Made by a program: the position numbers and the translations under genes. Shown piece by piece: positions 55,799 through 64,000 of a stretch of DNA of 64,000 bases (positions within the stretch are counted from its first letter, which is position 1; each line of letters begins with the position of its first letter). The stretch comes from Azolla caroliniana (lineage: Eukaryota > Plantae > Polypodiophyta), in the NCBI GenBank assembly GCA_043228905.1, contig JBHGNT010000006.1, forward strand, positions 18,042,001 through 18,106,000. The letters are read 5' to 3'. Below the pieces are notes generated by a model that saw only the letters and a list, made by a program, of their open reading frames with translations, had not been told where the DNA came from and made no database searches.

Positions 55799-55899
55799 TT
55801 TCCTGACTGGAATGAACGATTCATGTGCCTTCTTCTAAGCTTTTGTATACTTGGTTTTTTGTTTCATAAAAGAATCTCATGTACATTCATCAAGAGAGA

Positions 55900-58800
55900 T
55901 TTTTTCAATAGGTTCGAAGCTTTAAATATCTTGGTATTGATGTACTTGCAACAAATAAATGGAGTGCATGCTTTGATTATAAGGCTCCAAGCCGGTTGGA
56001 AATCGTATTATCTTTTTGAGAACCAATGCAACCAAAGTGATACTTGTGGATGGGAAGTAAAACTAATGTTGTTCAATGCCATCATAACTCATGTATTGCT
56101 TTATGGAGTAGAAGTACGGGGTGACACCATCTCTCTTAATGCATGGAATGGCTATGTAGAAGTATGAGATAGCCATGAACAACGGTGTCGAGGCAAAGGT
56201 GGCTATGGACGAGTCGATGGTGTATGATGGTGTCGAGTCTTCCTCCCCACTAGTTCTAGAGACTTGCACAATTGTGTTTGGGAAGCAATGTTAGACGCAA
56301 GAGACGGAAGGTGGTGGCGATGAAGTGAAGGTCAAAGCTAGTGTGTATGACAAAGAGGGCAAACACAACACAATAGAAGAACAATGAGGGCCAAGCGGTC
56401 CGGGTGGATTCGAAAGGTGTTCCTCAGGAAGTGATTAAAACTTCTAATGTGAGGGAGGATACTAGTGTCAATATCGGAGGCTCAAAGGTCAACTCTAACG
56501 CGAGAGTTAACTACAAAGGTGGATGAAATGGGAAACATGTGGTGTGGTCGCCTAAGGACCTAAAGATGAGCATGTACTTTACGAAAAGGCTACATGGCGT
56601 AGTCAACGTCGACGTTCGAATGGGGATTTGTGAAGTCAAGGATGTAATGGGAAAGAAAGAAGGGTGGAAGTGCTTTGACCAAGGGGATGGTCGGAATGAA
56701 GGTGGCACATGCAAGGGTTATTCTTGGGAGAAGCGAAAGAGGCCACAACATCCAGTTGTGTTAAAAAGTACGGACGAAGAATATGGTGGATTGGAAGGTG
56801 ACGGTGGTTCGGGTGGAAAGAATGGACAAGTTCAAAGTGGAGGAACAAAGACAACGCATGCAAGGTGCAAGGAACGAAGGACTCAAAGGTTGACTACCTT
56901 TGACCCTGCCAATCACACTCTTTTCATGGCACATGCAGGAGGATATGCGATTTGGTGGGGGTGGATGTCATGATGCAGCATGGCCAAAGGAGGAAAATGA
57001 GAAAAAGTGAGGTTTCACACAGATTATAAAAATATTATGTATATATGAAAAGAAATAAATAAAAAATAAATATGTATGATCTAGTTATTAGGACCATTAA
57101 TTGTGTATAAAAAAGTGTAGAGTTCAAATCTTGCCAACGTGAATTACGAGGCATTTTGATCTTCCCTTAACTTTTTGAGAGAAGGGATTAAATAGTCGAT
57201 GCATTTAATGTTGAGAGAGGCGCCTCTTTTCTTCTATAAAAGGGGGAGAAGAGGGCTTATTTGGGGTCGGACATTTTGGGGTTTTGAGGTAGACCATTAG
57301 GTTTTTGGGTTCATCTTCCTTTCTTTTCTTTTCTAGGGCTGGTGGTCCTTCGTCTTGAGTTGGAGGTGTGTCGTTAGGGTTTCCCAAGTTTCTTTTCTTC
57401 TACTTCATCATGGGTTTACGGTTAATGAGTTCTTCCCTCATCTTCCTCTAGGTTGGGATTTATGATTCGTACTTCTACTCCTTTTCTCCTCACCATACTA
57501 GGGTTTCTACTTTTACTTCTTCTCCTTCTTTTTCTTTCCTTCTTTCTTTTTGGTTTCTTGGGGTGCTTGATCTCTCTCACTCTCTCTCTCACCCTCTCCT
57601 CTTTGAGGTATGTCTGCGTCCTTGTGTTGGTGTTGGTGCTCGAAGTGATTGAGTCATTTGCGGTGTTCGTGAGACTAAGACTCATTTGGTTCAGTGTTGC
57701 TCCCCTATTTGTCGTTGTGAGTCCGTGTGCTAGTTGTTTAGGTGGCATGGTCATGGTTCGTTGGGATCGGTGTTTTCGTGGTGTGACCGTGCTCGTGTGC
57801 TCGTAGGTGTAGAGATCATGTGCTCACTTAGCGATCATGGTCATCTTCAGAAGCACCATCTACCTCCCTATCTCTTTCCCTATTATTGTTTTCGTGTAGT
57901 TGAGCTTGAATAAATACGTGGTGGCCTTGAGCCTTTCATAAAAAAATATTTTTGGGCGTATGATGTGGTGCCTCTTCCCTTGTGTGGTCCTGTCCCCTTC
58001 TTGTTGTGCATTCAGACATCTTGTGACGAGGGAGAGTTTCGGGCATGCCCATCCACCTCTCCTCCTCACAAAGGCGTATGGGCATTTGTTTTAGTGTTCT
58101 CGTCCCCTTCCTTGTACGTTCAACCGTCTTGTGATGAAGGAGCGTTTCAAGCGTCCCATGCACCTCTCCTCCTCATAAAGGTGTACGGGCATTCATGTTT
58201 GTGTTCTCGCCCCCGTCGTTGTACATTCGGCCTTCTTGTGATGAGGGAGCGTTTCGACCGTGCCCATGCACTTCTCCTCCTCATAAAGGCGTACGGACAT
58301 TCGTGAATGTGTGTTCTTCTTTTCCTTGTGCGTTCATCTTGTGTGCTCGTCTTTACTTGTGTACCCGTTCGTTCACTTGTGTGATGAGCTTGAAAGCTTG
58401 ACGAGTCGTGTTCATCGAAAGCCACCGACTCCACAAAGGGGCAACGAGCCCTTGCTTAGGAAGTAGTCTTCGTTGACAAGCAAACCTCGGCTCTTCTCCA
58501 TCCCTTTGTACTCCCTAGTCCGAGACCCTTGTGGTCCTGCCCAAGTAACACACACACGTGAAACTTCGCAACACCAATTGGGTTGTTGACATAAGGAAAT
58601 GGTTTAGAAGATGGAGTGTAGATGATCTTTTAGAGCTTTTGGGGGATGCTATGCATTATGTAATGATTGAGGAAAGGTTGTTGGAATCATTAAGGATGAA
58701 GTGGGAAGATGCTAAGAGGACAAAGCTAGAATACTACATTGCAAATGTCAACCCTAAATGTTGGTCTTATTATAAAGCAAGAATGTCTACTGATCGTATC

Positions 58801-59237
58801 CAACCTTATCTCATTACCAATATGAGTAGTAATGTTTGTAGTTCCCTTGCACTACTTTGCACTCAATCTCACAACTTAAGTATTGAAGTTGCATCATGGT
58901 AACAAAATGTAACGAATTTGAAGACATGTAAAGAATGCAATGAAGGCATGGTAGAGGATGAATGTCACTTGCTCTTCACATGCTTGACCTATACTGTAAT
59001 TCATTCAAGATATGCTGACATAGTAAGAGGGAGTGATAACTTAAGTGCCCTACTTAAGACACCACCTAGAAGGTTGAGCTCATATGTGTGCTTTATTCCC
59101 ACATAGAGACTTTGTGCTTCAATGTATTGAATACCCCTTCTTAGGAAGGAGACACATATCAAGAACACATGTGTACTCTGGTCAAAACTAGCCTATTAAT
59201 GGATGATAAAAATTCTAATTCTACTTCTAATTCTAAT
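55900..59237 (+). mobile_element. Fragments of a non-L1 LINE 3' end (55900-56150 and 58558-59237), split by a ~2.4 kb insert
   Basis: LFNAII..VLLYGVEV.G post-RT motif; SHNLSIEVASW...CKEC...VEDECHLLFTC zinc finger; (ATTCTA)n-like tail at 59212-59237. Confidence 0.65.
56155..58550 (+). mobile_element. Unclassified LTR-like insert with ~110-bp tandem repeats (58010-58300)
   Basis: TG...CA ends, TATAAAA at ~57235, three CTTGTGA(C/T)GA(G/A)GGAG...CTCCTCCTCA units; no TSD or coding domain recognised. Confidence 0.4.
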
Positions 59238-59650
59238 GGGAGCCAAGACAAGAAGAATTCAGTCTAGTTCCTAATGATCATGCCAAATCATGAATGTAAC
59301 AAGGAATCTGTCAAAGGTGAAATCCGCGAGGATTTTTGTAAGGGGTGTATTAAAGTGTGGGACCACAATAGCCTAGGGCATGTCAAGTGCCCAGAATTTT
59401 GTAATAGAATTACTGCCCCCAAAAATTTCAAATAGAAAGTGAGATTTTCCGAAAATTGGAAGTGTAAATTCTCTAAAGTAGGGTGTAAAGTTAAGGAAAG
59501 GGTAAAGAGTTTTGAAAGCTCTCTAAAACAATGTAGTATATTGGAAGACCAAGATGCCATAGTTGGTGCCATGGAGGTGACTTGTTTAAACTGCTCCAGG
59601 TGGTCATAAGCGTCTCCATACCCTAAGAATCGTGGAACATGTGTTTTTTC

Positions 59651-59887
59651 TGTTGAGAATCGATTCTTAAAACCACAAGATCAAACGATGCTGAAAATAC
59701 ATGATACAGGCACACAATGACACAGTACACAGAGATTTACGTGGAAACCCTAAAAAACGGGAGAAAACCACAGGAGAGTAAGCTTCACTATACAATGGAT
59801 ATACAAGACAGAGATTACAACACTCTTTCTAAGTGTATCACCCTCACAGGGTTCTTATCGTCTACTGTTACGCACACAACTATGATG

Positions 59888-59921
<34 letters not shown>

Positions 59922-60861
59922 GCGTCTCTCTTATGCACACTTCTATTGTCGTCACGTCACTATGTTTGCCCTAGATGTCTATATATATATATACTGATAC
60001 ATTGTGTGGACTATTTACAATTGTAGCCACTGCTACATATCATTACTATTATTATTACTATAATAATAATAGTAATCTGTTTAAATAATCGACTCTCTAT
60101 TGTCGACTCTTCGATTGTTGGCTGTCGGCTATTTCCGAACAATCGGTTCCTTCGACTCTTCGACTGTCGGCTAATTCCGAACAGTCGGTTCCTCCCACTA
60201 GAGGGACATATCCCCAACAAACTCCCCCTTCACTCCTATGGCAGGGAGTCAGTCAATCCTATCTTCTGTCGACAAACTCTAAGTCTGTCCATAGGTAGGT
60301 TCTTCATGAGCATGTCGGATCCATTGTTATCCGTGTGGATCTTCACAAGTGTAAACTCTCCTTCTTCGACTTTCTCCCGCAACTAGTGATACCTTCTCTG
60401 TATGTGCTTGGTCCGAGAGTTATATGCAACATTCTTGGCAAGATGTATGACACTCTGGCTATCATAGTGAAGCAAGAACTCCCTCTGCTTCATCTCTAAC
60501 TTGTTGAGAAAATTTCTCATCCATATCAGCTCTTTGCCGGCCTCTACCGCTACCATATACTCTGGCTCTGTAGTCGACAAGGCTACAGATTTCTATAGTG
60601 ATGATTGCAAGACATTGCTCCCCCTCCATAGGTCATCACATACCCCGACATGGATTGGCTTGAGTCTACATCTCCCGACATGTCCGAGTTGGTAAAACCT
60701 TCCATCACAGGTTTTTCGACACCATACCCTAGGCACACCCATGGGGCGCCTTTTAAGTACCCAAGTATCGACTTCACCGCTGCCCAATGTTCTCTTCCTG
60801 GATTACTCATATACCAGCTTACTACTCCCACAACAAATGCTATGTTTGGTCTCGTACAGAC
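59651..60861 (-). mobile_element. Ty1/copia 3' end (RNase H, PPT, 3' LTR 59651-60219)
   Basis: YMSNPGREHW, STTEPEY, RTKHIQRRYH; PPT GAAGGGGGAG next to the LTR; TGTTG...CAACA; related to the copia at 12620-14977. Confidence 0.85.
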
Positions 60862-63800
60862 TGTCAGGAATAGTACTAAAGCAGAGATGGAATTAGTACT
60901 AAGAAGAGTAGTACTATTAGTACTAAGAAGACAGGTCTGCGTAAGATTCCCGAGAGAGAGGAAGTGAGAAGAGGAGAGAGAGAGAAATAGGATGATGACA
61001 GCAACTCTTATATTATATGAAAGATAAGTACAAATCGGCTAAGAGGCTTAAGACTGGTGTTGAACCAATTTGGTTCAAAACAATGCCTTGTGCCTCCTTT
61101 TATAGTGTTTTTAGAAATAATCTTGAAGCTTCTAGAATGTTCCAGAGAGATCTGGAATATACATCAATTTTCTATGATAAAGTATAAATGAAAATAATAT
61201 CCTACAAAATACAATTCCTAATCTAATGGTAAGAGCTCGACCCATGTAGCATAAAGTCATGGGTTCGAGTCTTGCCATGACACTATCTCCCCCTTAAAGA
61301 CGACGAGTGGAACGAGTCGGCGCTAACTGCGGGCCGGGTTTGTCCGGATACTTTCGGTGGAAATCAGCAAGAAGATCTTGTGCATTGGCAACATTCTCGA
61401 CGGGTTCCCAAGTACGTTCGCTCGGACTATAACCGAGCCAATCGACCAAGTAATAAAGTTTGTTGCGAACAAGTTTGGAATCGAGGATGGCAGCAACTTC
61501 ATACTCCGGGCCGGCGTCCAACTCCAGCGGGGGCGGCGGTGGTGTCACACGATCGGGAATGGTGTTTGCTTTATAAGGTTCAAGAAGAGAACAATGGAAA
61601 ACCGGATGTATCTGAAGCTGCGGAGGGAGATCCAGGCGGAAGGTGACATCATTAATCTTCCCCGTAATACGGAAAGGACCGAGTCGTCGATAATCCAACT
61701 TGTCGCACGGTCGTGTAGTCTTGATGTGACGACGTAAGAGCCATACTCGATCTCCGATGGCAAAAGAGGAGGGAATCCGATGACGATCCGCATAAGTCTT
61801 CTGTGTGTGTTGAGCATGACGAAGGTGAGTAGAGAGATCCATCTGAATCTTGCGTAGCCTCTCCAAATGGTCCTCGGCACGAGGGTTGGTAGGTAGCTCC
61901 GGAGTGTCGATCACCGACCAGCGAGGATGGAAACCGGTATAAGCGAGAAATGGGGAGACCCGAGTCGAGGAGTGAATAGCATTATTATACGCAAACTCCG
62001 CAAAGTGGAGAATCTCGGCCCAATCGTCCTGTTGATAACTCAGGAAACACCGGAGATATTGCTCCAACGTTTGGTTTGTTCGTTCCGCCTGTCCGTCAGT
62101 TTGAGGATGGTAGCCGGAGGAGAGGTTGCAGGAGACCTTGAGCATCCTGAAGAGATGCTGCCAAAATTTGGAGACAAATTGCGGGCCTCGGTCACTGACA
62201 ATACTGTCTGGTAGGCCATGATGCCGAAATACCTCACGCATAACAAGAGCGGCGGTTTCCTCGCTAGTGATGGCTTTAGTACATGGCACAAAATGTGCCA
62301 TCTTCGTATATCGATCGACGACGGTTAGGATAGCATCGAACCCCTTCGAGACCGGCAGATCTGTAATAAAATCAAGACAAATAGACTGCCACGGCTTACT
62401 TGGAATTGGTAAAGGTTCCAACAAGCCATATGGATGGTGTCGTGGCATCTTTGCTCGGCAGCAAGCATCACAGGTCCGAACGTAGTCGTCGACAAAACGG
62501 CGCATGTGGGGCCACCAAAAAGATCGCTGCACTAACTCCAACGTCTTGGTACTACCGAAATGTCCCGCCGTATGGGTGTCATGACAATGTTGGACGATTT
62601 GAAGGCGACAGGAGCAATCGGGGACATATACGCGCTTTTTAAAGAATAACAAACCATCATGATATTCGAATTGTCGGTAGTCAATACCTGGTTGTTGAGA
62701 CTGAGAACAGGATGCCCGAGAAGTATCAATGTGCGCCAGGATGTCTTGAGCAAAACTATCTGTCTTCAAGGTTGCACGTATGTCATCGGTAATCCGTGAA
62801 TCCATCGGGGTGTGAAAAATCCGCGTCGTGTGCAATCGTGTTGGTCCCAAGATTACTTGCTTTTGATTATCAAATGTTGCGTCACCAGGACGAGGTGCAA
62901 GATATGAACGCCGTGATAGTGCGTCTGCTTTTCCTTGCTGCTTCCCCGGTCGATATGTGATTTCGAAGTTGAAACGCGTGAGGAATTGCGCCCACCGAGC
63001 TTGCCGTCGATTTAGTACGCGAGCGTTCTGAAAATAAGCAAGATTTTTATGATCGCTAAAGACAATGACTTGATGTGGAGAGCCCTCTAAGAAATGCCGC
63101 CATTGTACAAATGAATCCACGATGGCTAATAACTCCTTGTCATGTATTTCGTAGTTGATTTCTGCGACATTGAATTTGCGCGAATGGAAAGCCACCGGAT
63201 GCAACTCTTCTTTATCGCCTTGTTGAGAAAGGATGCTACCGAGGGCGAAATCTGATGCGTCGGCCTCCATGATGAATGGTTTGCTTGTATCCACATGAGC
63301 TAGAATCGGTGCTGATGTAAAGGCTTTCTTAAGATGCCGAAAAGCCATATCTGCTTCGATGGACCAAAGAAATGCTTGGCCCTTCTTCGTAAGTTGAGTG
63401 AGAGGTAAAATAATCTTCGAGTAATCCTGTATAAACTTACGGTAGAAGTTAGCAAAGCCTAGAAAACATTGTACATCTCGTACCGACCGTGGAATTTGCC
63501 ACTCTAGTACAGTTTGGATTTTAGCTGGATCCATGGCGATGCCCTTTGAGGAGATGACGTAGCCTAGAAATTCCACTTGCTTGCAGTCAAAGCTACATTT
63601 CTCTAGCTTGGCATAAAGACCATTCTCGCGGAGTCGCTTTAGTACTAATAGTACATGAGAATCGTGCTCTTCCTGGGTCTTCGAATAAATCAAGAGATCA
63701 TCCAGATAAATGATCAAACAGATATCCAAGAGGTCTCTGAATATATCATTTGCCATGTGTTGGAAGACTGCGGGTGCATTGGTTAGGCCAAACGGCATAA

Positions 63801-64000
63801 CAGTATACTCGAAATGCCCATACCGCGTGCGAAAAGCGGTCTTCCACTCATCTCCCGGTCGGATCCGCACGAGATTATACGCTCCTCGTAGGTCGATTTT
63901 AGTAAAAAACTTGGCACCATTAACTCGCTCTAAAAGACTTGATATAAGAGGAAGTGCATACCTATTCCGGATGGTGACCTTATTCAATCCGCGGTAATCA
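60862..64000 (-). mobile_element. Chromovirus related to family 1, 3' part (3' LTR 60862-61282), inserted in copia RT
   Basis: LTR TGTCA...TGACA homologous to 20225-20666; PPT AAGGGGGAGATAG; uninterrupted pol running off the window end. Confidence 0.93.
61294..64000 (-). CDS. Pol (RT, RNase H, integrase, chromodomain), 5'-truncated by the window
   Basis: YLDD, EADASD, DDE, EYEVAAILD...YLVDWLGY...TWEP; closely similar to the 21864-25475 protein. Confidence 0.93.
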   Translation of the reverse strand, partial: DYRGLNKVTIRNRYALPLISSLLERVNGAKFFTKIDLRGAYNLVRIRPGDEWKTAFRTRYGHFEYTVMPFGLTNAPAVFQHMANDIFRDLLDICLIIYLDDLLIYSKTQEEHDSHVLLVLKRLRENGLYAKLEKCSFDCKQVEFLGYVISSKGIAMDPAKIQTVLEWQIPRSVRDVQCFLGFANFYRKFIQDYSKIILPLTQLTKKGQAFLWSIEADMAFRHLKKAFTSAPILAHVDTSKPFIMEADASDFALGSILSQQGDKEELHPVAFHSRKFNVAEINYEIHDKELLAIVDSFVQWRHFLEGSPHQVIVFSDHKNLAYFQNARVLNRRQARWAQFLTRFNFEITYRPGKQQGKADALSRRSYLAPRPGDATFDNQKQVILGPTRLHTTRIFHTPMDSRITDDIRATLKTDSFAQDILAHIDTSRASCSQSQQPGIDYRQFEYHDGLLFFKKRVYVPDCSCRLQIVQHCHDTHTAGHFGSTKTLELVQRSFWWPHMRRFVDDYVRTCDACCRAKMPRHHPYGLLEPLPIPSKPWQSICLDFITDLPVSKGFDAILTVVDRYTKMAHFVPCTKAITSEETAALVMREVFRHHGLPDSIVSDRGPQFVSKFWQHLFRMLKVSCNLSSGYHPQTDGQAERTNQTLEQYLRCFLSYQQDDWAEILHFAEFAYNNAIHSSTRVSPFLAYTGFHPRWSVIDTPELPTNPRAEDHLERLRKIQMDLSTHLRHAQHTQKTYADRHRIPSSFAIGDRVWLLRRHIKTTRPCDKLDYRRLGPFRITGKINDVTFRLDLPPQLQIHPVFHCSLLEPYKANTIPDRVTPPPPPLELDAGPEYEVAAILDSKLVRNKLYYLVDWLGYSPSERTWEPVENVANAQDLLADFHRKYPDKPGPQLAPTRSTRRL

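Noticed and set aside
58010-58300. ~110-bp repeats as a repeat-spacer array
   Set aside because: The whole units are homologous, so this is an ordinary tandem repeat.

Overview
Repeat-saturated plant nuclear DNA with no confidently identifiable host gene. It is most likely from a leptosporangiate fern, inferred from the nad2 intron set and apparent U-to-C editing sites in an embedded mitochondrial insertion. The window is a stack of nested retroelements: (i) the 3' half of a Ty3/gypsy element with a ~1000-codon extra ORF, interrupted by an intact Tat-type element with two RNase H domains (1336-8342); (ii) several decayed Ty1/copia pieces; (iii) a near full-length L1-like LINE (minus strand) interrupted by an intact chromovirus (20225-25913) and a ~1 kb poly(A)-ended insert; (iv) a decayed gypsy element with a tRNA-Trp PBS (30903-48851) that contains a ~4.9 kb mitochondrial insertion (nad2 exons, group II introns, trnY), a second intact chromovirus (33314-38603) and a solo LTR; (v) further LINE, copia and chromovirus pieces. 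The most notable signals are: tRNA-shaped RNA polymerase III A-box/B-box modules in the LTRs of several distinct gypsy families; Tf1-like self-priming PBSs paired with a palindrome across the predicted transcription start; a covarying -1 frameshift stem-loop/pseudoknot cassette; strong enrichment of TAGTACTA in chromoviruses; and a permuted nad2 (last exon ~1 kb upstream of exon 1). All coordinates and pairings were read by eye; no alignment or database search was run.
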